DNA of 64,000 bases, from contig DATMOF010000006.1 of the NCBI GenBank assembly GCA_035568395.1, positions 28,393 to 92,392 of the forward strand, given 5' to 3'. The DNA comes from Mucilaginibacter sp. (GTDB lineage Bacteria > Bacteroidota > Bacteroidia > Sphingobacteriales > Sphingobacteriaceae). Below are positions 18,968 through 28,429 of this stretch, piece by piece. A program made the position numbers and the translations under genes. Every line of letters starts with the position of its first letter. Within the stretch, counting starts at the first letter, position 1. The notes beneath the pieces are model-generated. The model saw nothing but the letters and a program-made list of their open reading frames with translations, ran no database searches and had not been told where the DNA came from.

Positions 18968-19693
18968 ATGAAAAACACATCTTTAAAAACCAGCGCGCTT
19001 TTACTAATGGTATTAGTTCTTTCCATAGTTTCCTGCGCAAAGAAAAATGGAGTTACTCCGAAAAAAAAATTATCCTATCAATTTAAGGTAACCGGCGCCT
19101 CGGCCGCTTTAGTTGCCGGTACGCAAAACTCAACCCTTACTACAACGGCCACCACAGGCGCAAACATTACCTGGCAGTCGGGATATGCTAACGTAGCATC
19201 CATTTCTTTTGAGGGAAAGAACCAGGATAACAAACAAAGCCACGAAGATTTTATTGAATCTGCCGTTTATAAGCTTGATTTATTTGGCACTACCCAATTG
19301 ATAGGCAAAGTAGATTTAGCCGTTGGAACCTACCGCAATGTTGATTTCAAAATAGAGCTTAAGCAAACGGCATCAGGCGCAGCCTTGTTCCTGAAAGGTG
19401 TTTATGCATCGGCAAAAGGAAATATCCCGGTAGAGCTTTCTTTAAATGAAGGCAATGACAATATGGAAATAAAAGCCATAGCTAAAGATTTAACAGTTGG
19501 CGCAAAAGACAGCTACATCGCATATATTAACCTTCATTTGGATAAATTAATCGTCGGTGTTAAATCCGCTGATCTGGATGCAGCTACATTAACCGGTGGC
19601 ACTATAGTTATCAGCAGCACTTCTAATGTTGCCATTTATACAAAAATCAAGGCTACACTTGGCAATTGCTCAGATGGTGACTATAACAATTGA
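18968..19693 (+). CDS. Hypothetical lipoprotein (paralogue 1)
   Basis: Lipobox SIVSC; clearly similar to 19984-20733. Confidence 0.85.
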   Translation: MKNTSLKTSALLLMVLVLSIVSCAKKNGVTPKKKLSYQFKVTGASAALVAGTQNSTLTTTATTGANITWQSGYANVASISFEGKNQDNKQSHEDFIESAVYKLDLFGTTQLIGKVDLAVGTYRNVDFKIELKQTASGAALFLKGVYASAKGNIPVELSLNEGNDNMEIKAIAKDLTVGAKDSYIAYINLHLDKLIVGVKSADLDAATLTGGTIVISSTSNVAIYTKIKATLGNCSDGDYNN

Positions 19694-19891
19694 AATTACT
19701 ATATGACCCTTTAACTACTATGGATTACCTATAAAAACGAGAATAGGGAACAATTATGTAAATAGTTCGTTCCCTTTCTTTTTCTTTTGAAGTATTATCT
19801 GTAATATAAGAAAATGTCCTTTCCACGGCATCTATCCATCCGGCGAGGGCAGCTACCTGGCAATCCTTTAAAAAATAAATTTACATTGATA

Positions 19892-19916
19892 TAGGCCTTT
19901 TTTATTAAAAATTGTC
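19892..19916 (+). promoter_or_regulatory. Putative ECF promoter, copy 3
   Basis: TAGGCC-N15-TGTC, upstream of ATG 19984. Confidence 0.65.
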
Positions 19917-19983
19917 TTGAATATATGAATATAAATGTGGATTATATCAGGAAATACAAAATGTATAATTAAAACTAAAAAAT

Positions 19984-20733
19984 ATGAAAGCTCAAGTATT
20001 AAAAATCGGTGTATTGCTAATGCTGCTTGCTGTTATAATTTCTTGTTCAAAAAAAAACACGCCTGCACCAGTATCTAATAAAAAATTATCGTACCAATTT
20101 AAGGTGCTCAATGCTAATGTAGCGCTTAGTTCCAGTACTCCTGGTTCAAACACTACAGCATTAGGGACAGGTAGTATAAACTGGCAATCTGGTTTCGCTA
20201 ATATTTTATCTATTTCGTTTATTGGCAATAACATAGATAATAATGTCAATCCAAACGATACCACTATCGATACAAATGACTCTTTTGTAGAGCCATCCAT
20301 CTATAAAGTTGATTTATTTGGAAGCAACCAACTTTTAGGAAACGTAGATATTGCTAAAGGCACTTATCATGACGCGGAAATTAAAGTGGAACTCAAATCA
20401 TCCGCAACAGAGCCGGCACTTTATTTAAAAGGTGTGTATGCCTCGGCAAATGGAAACGTGCCAATTGAACTCTCTTTAAGTGAAGGCGGAGAGCAAATGG
20501 AAGTTATAGCTACAGCTAAAAACTTAACAGTTAGCTCAAAAGACAGTTACGTTGCGTTCATAAACATGCACTTAGATAAATTGATGGCCGGCGTGACAAC
20601 CGGCGATTTGGATGCGGCTACGCTTAGCAACGGATCAATTTTAATAGACCAAAGTAACAACACGTCAATCTACGACAAAATAATGGCCAATATCAACGGT
20701 TTTTCTGATGGGGATTATAATGCCGATAATTAA
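19984..20733 (+). CDS. Hypothetical lipoprotein (paralogue 2)
   Basis: Lipobox IISC; shares KKLSYQFKV, LKGVYASA, HLDKL and DGDYN with 18968-19693. Confidence 0.85.
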   Translation: MKAQVLKIGVLLMLLAVIISCSKKNTPAPVSNKKLSYQFKVLNANVALSSSTPGSNTTALGTGSINWQSGFANILSISFIGNNIDNNVNPNDTTIDTNDSFVEPSIYKVDLFGSNQLLGNVDIAKGTYHDAEIKVELKSSATEPALYLKGVYASANGNVPIELSLSEGGEQMEVIATAKNLTVSSKDSYVAFINMHLDKLMAGVTTGDLDAATLSNGSILIDQSNNTSIYDKIMANINGFSDGDYNADN

Positions 20734-20770
20734 GAGCGGCTGCTAAGTCAAGTCGTAATAAAACCATGAG

Positions 20771-20800
20771 AACCACTGGCAGACCCGGTGGTTTCTTTTT
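20771..20800 (+). terminator. Rho-independent terminator
   Basis: AACCACTGG-loop-CCGGTGGTT followed by a T-run. Confidence 0.7.
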
Positions 20801-20835
20801 TTGCCTGTAAGTTCAATAAATTTTACCGGTTGTTC

Positions 20836-20861
20836 TAGGACTTTTTTAAATATCCCTTGTC
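20836..20861 (+). promoter_or_regulatory. Putative ECF promoter, copy 4
   Basis: TAGGAC-N16-TGTC, 42 nt before ATG 20904. Confidence 0.65.
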
Positions 20862-20903
20862 ATTAATGTGAATTAACGTTTCGCCAGGGAAAACATTTCT
20901 ATT

Positions 20904-21155
20904 ATGAACAAGAACATTACCTATAAATTGAAAAGAACTGATGGAACAGAATGCCTGGTTCATATCATTTCTATAAAATATTTGAAGGAAAACCATAAAG
21001 CATTCTTTCTGATCGATGTGGGCGAAGATAGAGAACTGGGGTATTTAATTTTCGATGAGCAAAATGATTGGCGATTTAACGGGTTCCTCGAGTCAAATGA
21101 ACAAACACAGATTTCAAATTTTATACTGGAAAGCTATAATGTCCCGCTGCATTAG
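20904..21155 (+). CDS. Small hypothetical protein (83 aa)
   Basis: ORF with an AT-rich upstream region and its own copy of the ECF motif. Confidence 0.7.
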   Translation: MNKNITYKLKRTDGTECLVHIISIKYLKENHKAFFLIDVGEDRELGYLIFDEQNDWRFNGFLESNEQTQISNFILESYNVPLH

Positions 21156-21248
21156 CGGATAAAGAACTATAATATCACAGGGAAAGTGACTAAAAGGGAC
21201 TGATCTCTATAATGATAATATTTCAAAAACAGCCTGGTTGCTGCGCTG

Positions 21249-23114
21249 CTATAGGCCTAAATTCTCAGTCAAATAACTTTCTAAAACTACAAGCTGCCAG
21301 ATATGATTCCATTTGACACCATTTTTATTTCGCAGAAAATCGTCCCATAAACTGGTGATCTCTCTTTCTGAAAATTGCTCCCTTTTTCCCAACAGGCTAA
21401 GATGCATTTCGCAAAAGTCTCTCAATTCATTTTGCAGCCAATAAACCCATGGAAAGGTAAAACCCATTTTAGGGCGATGAACGATCTCGTTCGGCAATAA
21501 TGGATATAATGCCTCAACAAGCAGGCTCTTAGGGAAAATCGGGTATTTAATTTGATCGGGGACTTGTAAAACAAACTCCACCAGGTTATAATCTAAAAAA
21601 GGCTCCCTTATTTCTAATGAATTTGCCATACCCATCTGGTCAGTATCTTTTAATAATACATTTTGGGTATAGCAAAGCAACTCAGCAACCGAATATTGGC
21701 TTAAAACGGGCAATTTACTGATCCCGGTTTTTCTGTCAGCCAATATTTCCTGCACTACATTACCACCCGGGTGCTGGCTTTTCAGAATCTTGCTAACACC
21801 GGATATAGAGTGGTTCTGCCTTAAAAAGGGATATTGATGCTCAATATTTAAATTCTCAGCCTTTAACATCCCTGCGAAACGCTCGCCTTTTGCCCCACGC
21901 AAAAAGCGATTTGCAACTGCCCCGACGGATTGCCGCATAAACTCTGGTGTAAACCTTAATAATGGATGATTTTTAATTTTATAGAATAATTTAAACTTAT
22001 CATAACCTGCGAAAAGTTCATCTCCCCCTATCCCGGAAAGCGCGACTGAAACACCCGCATTTTTTGTTGCTTTGGCAATGATGTACGTATTGATCGCATC
22101 GCCGCTTGGCGTATCCATTGCCCTGAGCGCGTTTGGCAATTCTTTTAAAAAATCGTCCGCAGTCAGGTTGACCTGGGTATGGTTTGTGTTAAATTTCTTT
22201 GCAATTAATTTAGCGTAGCGTGACTCATCAAACGCCTGTTCATTAAAAGCCACCGAAAAAGTGTGGATGGGTTTATCTGTAACTTCCGACATTAACCCCA
22301 CGATGGCACTTGAATCTATTCCCCCGGATAAGAAAGCGCCTAATTCAACATCGCTTATCATCCTTCGTTCCACAGATTCCGTTAACAGCCGCCTGATCTC
22401 TTTTTTTACCTGGAAAGGGCTATCCATATCTTGAAAAGTTCTCTCTTTTTCAATGTTCCAATAATAGTTTTTTGTTAAGGTATTGTCTTTAAAAACCGCG
22501 TATTGACCCGGCATTAATTGATGTATTTCTTTAAATAAGGTATTTGGGGCAGTAACTGATAAATTCATCAGGTAATCTGCCAGCGAATGATCGTCGATCT
22601 CTAATTGAACTAAACCCGATGCATTTATAGCTCTTATCTCCGATGCAAAAACGAATCGGTCGTGAAGATGATAATAATATAAAGGCTTGACCCCTAACCT
22701 GTCACGTGCTATAAACAATTGTCTTTCCTGGTTGTCCCATATAGCAAAAGCAAACATGCCATTTAAACGCTCAAGGCATTTAGAGCCCCACTTAATAAAA
22801 GCGGCCAGGACAACTTCTGTGTCGGAATTGGTTTGAAAATCATAATCAACCAATTGTGATTTTACTTCCCGGAAATTATAAATTTCACCATTAAATAATA
22901 AAACATATCGTTTTTGGGAATCTGTAAAAGGCTGATTGGCTTTGTCATTCAGATCAATAATGGCTAATCGTGTATTACCTAAGGCTACCTTTTCATTTAA
23001 ATAAAATCCGTCAGAATCGGGGCCGCGGTGAATAAGCCTGGCCGCCATTTTTACTATTTTATTTTTTAGTACACTTTGATTAAAAGGCCCAATTATTCCG
23101 GATATTCCGCACAT
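21249..23114 (-). CDS. asnB: Asparagine synthase (glutamine-hydrolysing) family amidotransferase
   Basis: N-terminal MCGISG (Ntn Cys); HRGPD, LSGGIDSS, SGIGGDELFAGY, EPFLD and RPKMGF motifs. Confidence 0.93.
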   Translation of the reverse strand: MCGISGIIGPFNQSVLKNKIVKMAARLIHRGPDSDGFYLNEKVALGNTRLAIIDLNDKANQPFTDSQKRYVLLFNGEIYNFREVKSQLVDYDFQTNSDTEVVLAAFIKWGSKCLERLNGMFAFAIWDNQERQLFIARDRLGVKPLYYYHLHDRFVFASEIRAINASGLVQLEIDDHSLADYLMNLSVTAPNTLFKEIHQLMPGQYAVFKDNTLTKNYYWNIEKERTFQDMDSPFQVKKEIRRLLTESVERRMISDVELGAFLSGGIDSSAIVGLMSEVTDKPIHTFSVAFNEQAFDESRYAKLIAKKFNTNHTQVNLTADDFLKELPNALRAMDTPSGDAINTYIIAKATKNAGVSVALSGIGGDELFAGYDKFKLFYKIKNHPLLRFTPEFMRQSVGAVANRFLRGAKGERFAGMLKAENLNIEHQYPFLRQNHSISGVSKILKSQHPGGNVVQEILADRKTGISKLPVLSQYSVAELLCYTQNVLLKDTDQMGMANSLEIREPFLDYNLVEFVLQVPDQIKYPIFPKSLLVEALYPLLPNEIVHRPKMGFTFPWVYWLQNELRDFCEMHLSLLGKREQFSEREITSLWDDFLRNKNGVKWNHIWQLVVLESYLTENLGL

Positions 23115-23169
23115 TGTTTTTTATTTTTGCGTGTCATAATTCCTGATGAAATTATGTTTGATGGTTAAT

Positions 23170-23195
23170 GACAATGTGGTTGTAGAATAGTCCTA
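23170..23195 (-). promoter_or_regulatory. Putative ECF promoter, copy 5 (asnB)
   Basis: Minus-strand TAGGAC-N16-TGTC, 55 nt before the asnB ATG. Confidence 0.65.
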
Positions 23196-23357
23196 TATCT
23201 TCTTTTTCATGTCTGTTTTATTTTTTATTTTTCAGTTCAGCAGGACGCAATAATTGATTTATTAAGATGTAGGGATAGCTTAGGAAAGGCATAAATGCAA
23301 AAAGCCTCACTTCTCAGTAAGGCTATTGTTTTATAGACAGGTCGAACCCCGCCTCTG

Positions 23358-23768
23358 TTAACTCTTATAATAATTCAGCATCCAGTTAATGCCAAACTGG
23401 TCGCGTACGGAGCCGAACAGGGCATTCCAGAACATTTCGCTCACCGGGGCCAGTACCTGGCCGCCTTCGCCCAGCTTCTGGAAAAACCTGTTGATCTCCT
23501 CCTCGCTGGTACAGCTGATTGCCAGCTGGATGTTATCGCCGGCTGTTTGCCCCTGCGGGCCGCTCATATCCGAGCCCATCAGCAGCATCTTGCCGTCAAG
23601 TGACAGGGATGAGTGAAAAATTTTGCCTTTGCCGGCCGGCCAGTATTGTTCCATCGGCGAACCGTCGACCAGTTGCAAGTCTAATTCGCCGCCAAAGCAT
23701 TCTTTGTAAAATGTCATGGCTTCGCGGCACTTACCGTTAAAGCCAATGTATGGGTTAATTGCGTCCAT
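23358..23768 (-). CDS. VOC/PhnB (glyoxalase-like) family protein
   Basis: INPYIGFNGKCREAMTFYKECFGG and VRDQFGINWMLN motifs. Confidence 0.9.
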   Translation of the reverse strand: MDAINPYIGFNGKCREAMTFYKECFGGELDLQLVDGSPMEQYWPAGKGKIFHSSLSLDGKMLLMGSDMSGPQGQTAGDNIQLAISCTSEEEINRFFQKLGEGGQVLAPVSEMFWNALFGSVRDQFGINWMLNYYKS

Positions 23769-23893
23769 CAGGTTGAGTTAGTTTTAGTGTTTCGCCCTAA
23801 AGTTAAAACAGATTTCTATCAATGGCAAATACGTATCATAGTCATAACCCGGTTTAAAAATTATTTATCGGTTCCTTAACGGGATATTAACTT

Positions 23894-24098
23894 TTACCGG
23901 TATTTCCTGCTATGCGGGCCGGCAACCAGCATGTATGCCTGTTTGATTAACGATTGCGCCAGCCCCTGTGCATACCAACGCACCATATAATCGTTGGGAT
24001 GGAGCGGGTTTTCAATGCAGTCTTTGGCTTTTTTTAAGTGATATCAGCATACCGCCCATCCCAATGGCGCTTTGACCTAAAAATTTCCTCCTGTTCAT
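23894..24098 (-). pseudogene. Frameshifted remnant: Tat-like signal joined to an SGNH-hydrolase-like C-terminus
   Basis: ATG at 24098 gives MNRRKFLGQSAIGMGG. Removing one base from the A7 run (T 24029-24035) continues the frame into KDCIENPLHPNDYMVRWYAQG up to TAA 23894. The span is 205 nt (68 codons + 1). Confidence 0.5.
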
Positions 24099-24109
24099 TT
24101 TAATAATGG

Positions 24110-25717
24110 TTAAATAGCTTTCGGATCCCAGCCGCTTCGGTAATCTCGCGACAGATATTTATTTGCTTCGGGAACATTGGTAATCTGCCTGCTTGCAGCA
24201 TCGTATTTAAGCAAGCGCCCGGCCCTTAAAGCAGCAGCATATAAATTGACGGCTTCCGTTAGTGCTTCGGCCTCAACAAAATTCCCCGGATATTGCTGAC
24301 TGTTTTTACAGGAATCAGCAAATAGCTGTAACGATGCTATCATCTTATCCTGCGCATAAGATTGCTTCGGTGGTGTTATTGTCTTTAAATCCTTTTTCTT
24401 GCGGGAGAAAAGCCGCGGATTTTGGATATTAAAGCCAGCAAGTATTTTGCCCTTCTCGCCCACAAACATCATTCCTTCGGCAGTTAATTCTTCATTGATG
24501 ACCATCAATTCCTGGGGTATCGGCGGACGCATGCCACCATCATACCAGCACAGGTCAACCGGCGGCCTGTCGCCGTTAGCAGGATATTTGAACCTTACCG
24601 AGCTCGCCACGGGAAACGAAAAATCGTTACGTACAAAGGTCGGTGTATGGTCGCCCAGGCCGACATAGTGGCTCAGGTTCGGTTCAATGATCTCCGGGGA
24701 TGTCAGCTGCAAAGCATTGAAGACAGACCATAAGCTATAATGCCCCATATCAGCCATTGAGCCGCCGCCGAAATCGTACCATCCCCTGAAAACCATGTTG
24801 GTATAATCAGGCGAATATGGCCTGTCAGCTTCCGGCCCCAGCCACAAGTTCCAATCTAAACCGTCGGGAACGGGCGCGCGCCCGGTTGGCAGTGTTGGAT
24901 ATTGGGGCCACACCGGGCGGTTGGTCCAATTATGTACTTCTTTAAGCTTACCTATCTTGCCGGAATTGATCCATTCCATCACCTGGTCCATTGATCCGTT
25001 TGAATCCCACGGAACCAAATGTGTTACAAGGTTGCTTTTCTGACGTGTAAGCTCTATTACGGCCTTTCCTTCCAAAAGGCGGTTGGAAAGCGGCTTATGC
25101 ATCAATACGTGCTTGTTTCTCTTCAGCGCTGCTATGGCAAATAAACCATGCAGGTGGTCGGGAGTCATGATCTTAACCGCATCCAGATCTTTTTCTTTTT
25201 CAAGCAATTCGCGGAAATCTGCGTAAGCAGCGCAGCCCTTGAAATTTTCGGCTGTCCGCTTACTGCTATAATAAGTATCTACAATGCTTTTGCCATTTTC
25301 TCTCCCGCCCGCAACGGAATTGTCGCCACCAGGGCCCCAGTCCGGTTTCCCGATTGCCGCGCGTATGTCATCCCTGAGCCCGTTTTTCGACCAGTCCCGG
25401 TAACCGGTCGCATATTGATTTGGGTCGCATACAGCAACCACCTGCACACCGGGCACTGCCAATAGCGGCAGCAGTTCCCTGATCCCCTGCGTGCCACAAC
25501 CAACATAGGCAAACGTAAGCTTATCGCTGGGCGCTATAAAGTTTGTCCCGCCCAGCACGTGCCTCGGAACAATACTAAAGGCCAGGGCCCCTGTTGCAGC
25601 CATCTTTACAAAATTGCGCCGGTTAAGGCCGGTGGCTTCATTCGTACCGGGTGCTTGTTTTGCATTTACAGAGACCGGCATACCGCCGTCGCCGCTTTGG
25701 GAAATTTCTTTTTTCAT
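24110..25717 (-). CDS. Gfo/Idh/MocA family oxidoreductase with Tat signal
   Basis: NRRNFVK twin-arginine signal; YVGCGTQG nucleotide-binding loop; TPDHLH, HKPL and DMGHY motifs. Confidence 0.9.
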   Translation of the reverse strand: MKKEISQSGDGGMPVSVNAKQAPGTNEATGLNRRNFVKMAATGALAFSIVPRHVLGGTNFIAPSDKLTFAYVGCGTQGIRELLPLLAVPGVQVVAVCDPNQYATGYRDWSKNGLRDDIRAAIGKPDWGPGGDNSVAGGRENGKSIVDTYYSSKRTAENFKGCAAYADFRELLEKEKDLDAVKIMTPDHLHGLFAIAALKRNKHVLMHKPLSNRLLEGKAVIELTRQKSNLVTHLVPWDSNGSMDQVMEWINSGKIGKLKEVHNWTNRPVWPQYPTLPTGRAPVPDGLDWNLWLGPEADRPYSPDYTNMVFRGWYDFGGGSMADMGHYSLWSVFNALQLTSPEIIEPNLSHYVGLGDHTPTFVRNDFSFPVASSVRFKYPANGDRPPVDLCWYDGGMRPPIPQELMVINEELTAEGMMFVGEKGKILAGFNIQNPRLFSRKKKDLKTITPPKQSYAQDKMIASLQLFADSCKNSQQYPGNFVEAEALTEAVNLYAAALRAGRLLKYDAASRQITNVPEANKYLSRDYRSGWDPKAI

Positions 25718-25769
25718 ATTTGCCGCGTATTTAATTAGGAAATCATCTTAAAATTCGCATTAATAAGTA

Positions 25770-26783
25770 TTACCTGGTCTTTTTTATTTCAACTTTACCA
25801 TTATGCACAGATAGCGGCAGCCATAAATAAGCTGACTTTTCCAGGTCGGTTTTATTCCAGGTATCGGCCATGAACAAGAATTTACCCGGCTTTCCCGAAA
25901 CAGGCAACACATAGGTACTTTGCGATTCGAAGGTGGTGCCGGCTCCGGGCCCTTTACATGGATTTCCGTATTCTTTCCATGGCCCCAACACCTTATCGGC
26001 CACGGCATAGGTAGCCTCATTTGGTGACCAGCCTGTGCACGAGGACGTGATCAAATAATATTTTGCGCCGCTCTTAAATAAAGCGGGGGCTTCGCGCTTA
26101 CGGTTGACCAGTATGCGCGCGAAAGTTTTCGTTGGCTTAAGGTAGTCATCACTTAACAGGCATACCTGCATGGTGTTATTTTGCTCGGATGAATATACCA
26201 GGTATGCCTTGCCATCATCGTCTTTAAACAAACTCATGTCCCTTGCCATCTGGCCGTTTGGCTTTACGCTTTTAATATACCGGTAAGGCCCGGCCGGGCT
26301 GCTGCTTATCGCTACCCCTGCCTGCGAGTAGGAATAGTCTTTAGCGTCCACATGCATCCACATCACAAATTGCCTGGTTTTGCTGTTGTAAATTACTTTG
26401 GGGCGTTCTATTACCTTCCCGGTATCAATATCACTTTTTGGATCGCCGGTTACGGGCGCCAACGCTATGCCTTCATATTTCCAATGCTTCAAGTCAGTTG
26501 ATGAGTAGCAGGATATGCCACCCGCGGGCACCCGGTAATCCTCCCAGGTTTGATTGGGTACCAGCCAGGTTTTTCCCTTTTTAATTTCGCCATACAAATA
26601 GTACCGGCCGCCATAATACATAATACCCGCGCCGTGGGCATTGATCAAATTTTTGTCGGTATCATATAATTGGCCATAAACCGCCAATGAAGGTGTTTGG
26701 GCAAAAGTGCCTGTCTTTAAAAAGACGGTACCGCATAAAACCAAGGCAAAAATAAAGTATCTCATAGCTGTGTTATCAATCAT
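25770..26783 (-). CDS. Glycoside hydrolase family 43 (GH43_24-like, exo-beta-1,3-galactanase-like)
   Basis: INAHGAG, IERPKVIYN, REAPALFK and FESQSTYV motifs; signal peptide. Confidence 0.85.
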   Translation of the reverse strand: MIDNTAMRYFIFALVLCGTVFLKTGTFAQTPSLAVYGQLYDTDKNLINAHGAGIMYYGGRYYLYGEIKKGKTWLVPNQTWEDYRVPAGGISCYSSTDLKHWKYEGIALAPVTGDPKSDIDTGKVIERPKVIYNSKTRQFVMWMHVDAKDYSYSQAGVAISSSPAGPYRYIKSVKPNGQMARDMSLFKDDDGKAYLVYSSEQNNTMQVCLLSDDYLKPTKTFARILVNRKREAPALFKSGAKYYLITSSCTGWSPNEATYAVADKVLGPWKEYGNPCKGPGAGTTFESQSTYVLPVSGKPGKFLFMADTWNKTDLEKSAYLWLPLSVHNGKVEIKKTR

Positions 26784-26804
26784 TTCACTTCCTGTGCCCT
26801 TAAC

Positions 26805-28283
26805 TCACTTTAAAAGCTTTCTTAGTTTTGAACCTTCCGGTAGTTTATAGCCTGTAAACGAAGCTATCTGGCTGGCCGATGTTAAATTAGCCGTGCCGGG
26901 ATTTTTAAACCGCGGGTTTTCATTTAATCCTGCTATTTTACCGTCTTTTTGTTCCTTTCCGGTTTTTTCGGCCCAGGCTTTTAAACTCTTTATTCCGTTG
27001 ATATTAAAGCCGCTTTTCAGGCTCCACCAGTTGTTAGCGGTAAACGTGCATTTACCTAAAATGTCCTTACCAATGATCAACGAATCCATGCCTACAAATA
27101 TGTTATTGTGAAAATCGAAACCCTTATTCATGCTTTTCTCTGAGAAACTCAGGGCTGCTACTTTTGAATTATAAACAATGTTGCCATACACCTTTGTATT
27201 GTAAAATTGGTTGGCATCGCCCGAACTGTTCCAAACATACATACCGGCTTGCGAATCGGAAACCGTACCGTCGTTTTCGGTAATATTGTACCTGATGATG
27301 TTGTTATAAAACGGGCTTGCGCCCCAATATTGAAAAATACAGTAACCGCTTCCCTGGTTTTCGTACGAGAAACAATATTGTATGATGGAATTGGTTGTTC
27401 CGCCGTCGAGGTCGAAACCGCCGCCATCTGCACCGCCTTTTGACGTTTTGTTACGGTACGAGAGGCAATGCTGTATAAGAACACTATCTGCCTCATAGCA
27501 CCAAATGCCAACCGGGCCGTTACCGATGCGCGGCATATCCCAGCCATTGTTTGTAGCTGTACATAGGTCAATAACTACATTGGTGCAATGACCTACAACA
27601 ATACCATTGCCGCTGTGATTATCCAGTTTGGTGGGATCGCCCGGGTTGTTTTCGGCCCGGCAATTTATGATGTGTATATTTCTTGAATCTTTTTTGCTGT
27701 TTCGACCTTCAACAGTAATACCGGCCGAGCCATTATCATGGGCGAATATATTATTCGCGGTAATGTATGATGAAGAATCGATCAGCAAGCCCGCTTTTTG
27801 AAACCCGCTGATGTCAAGATCGGTTGCATTAATGTCATTACTGTTTATGATAGCTAACCCGCTCTGCCGGTTGCCTGTCTTTCGGCCTAAACCTGTTAGT
27901 TTTAAATTTCTTATGGTTACAAACTTTGCTTTATATAAGCTTATGGCTGTAACACTGTCGCCGTTGATAATGGCTTTTCCGGCTCCGTATGAGGAAAGTA
28001 CAATCTGTTTTGCTTTACTGCCGGCAATGTTACCCAGCTTTATGGTACCGGAAAAAACCTGACCCGATTTAAAATAAATAGCATCCCCTGCATTAAGATG
28101 GATGCTGTTTATTTTACGGATGGTTTTAAATGGCGACACCATGGTGCCGGGGTTGTTGTCGCGCCCGTTCAGGTTTACATAGTATGACTTTGAATAACCG
28201 GGTGTATGTGCGCATAAAAATAACGCAGCGGGCAAAATAAGAAACGCAAAGAAATATTTTTTAAGGTTCATCGTGGTAATCAA
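26805..28283 (-). CDS. Secreted right-handed parallel beta-helix protein
   Basis: YYVNLNGRDNNPG start; repeated Asn/Gly beta-helix units; DGGGFDLDGG motif. Confidence 0.8.
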   Translation of the reverse strand: MITTMNLKKYFFAFLILPAALFLCAHTPGYSKSYYVNLNGRDNNPGTMVSPFKTIRKINSIHLNAGDAIYFKSGQVFSGTIKLGNIAGSKAKQIVLSSYGAGKAIINGDSVTAISLYKAKFVTIRNLKLTGLGRKTGNRQSGLAIINSNDINATDLDISGFQKAGLLIDSSSYITANNIFAHDNGSAGITVEGRNSKKDSRNIHIINCRAENNPGDPTKLDNHSGNGIVVGHCTNVVIDLCTATNNGWDMPRIGNGPVGIWCYEADSVLIQHCLSYRNKTSKGGADGGGFDLDGGTTNSIIQYCFSYENQGSGYCIFQYWGASPFYNNIIRYNITENDGTVSDSQAGMYVWNSSGDANQFYNTKVYGNIVYNSKVAALSFSEKSMNKGFDFHNNIFVGMDSLIIGKDILGKCTFTANNWWSLKSGFNINGIKSLKAWAEKTGKEQKDGKIAGLNENPRFKNPGTANLTSASQIASFTGYKLPEGSKLRKLLK

Positions 28284-28429
28284 AAGATTTAGGACACATG
28301 ATGATCAAACGGGGCCTAATACTATCCCGAAGTAAAGTAAATTTTTATTAATTGTAAAATATACCGTCTTTTTAAAAATTTCATTATATAATAAAATAAG
28401 TGTTATTTCAATACGAATTTAGGATTAGT

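Noticed and set aside
21252-21257. TAGGCC copies at 21252 and near 45133 as ECF promoters
   Set aside because: No TGTC at 15-16 nt spacing; the first lies in the last asnB codons.
21249-23114. AsnB as a lasso-peptide cyclase
   Set aside because: It retains the N-terminal Cys glutaminase domain, and no B1/B2 proteins or precursor are nearby.
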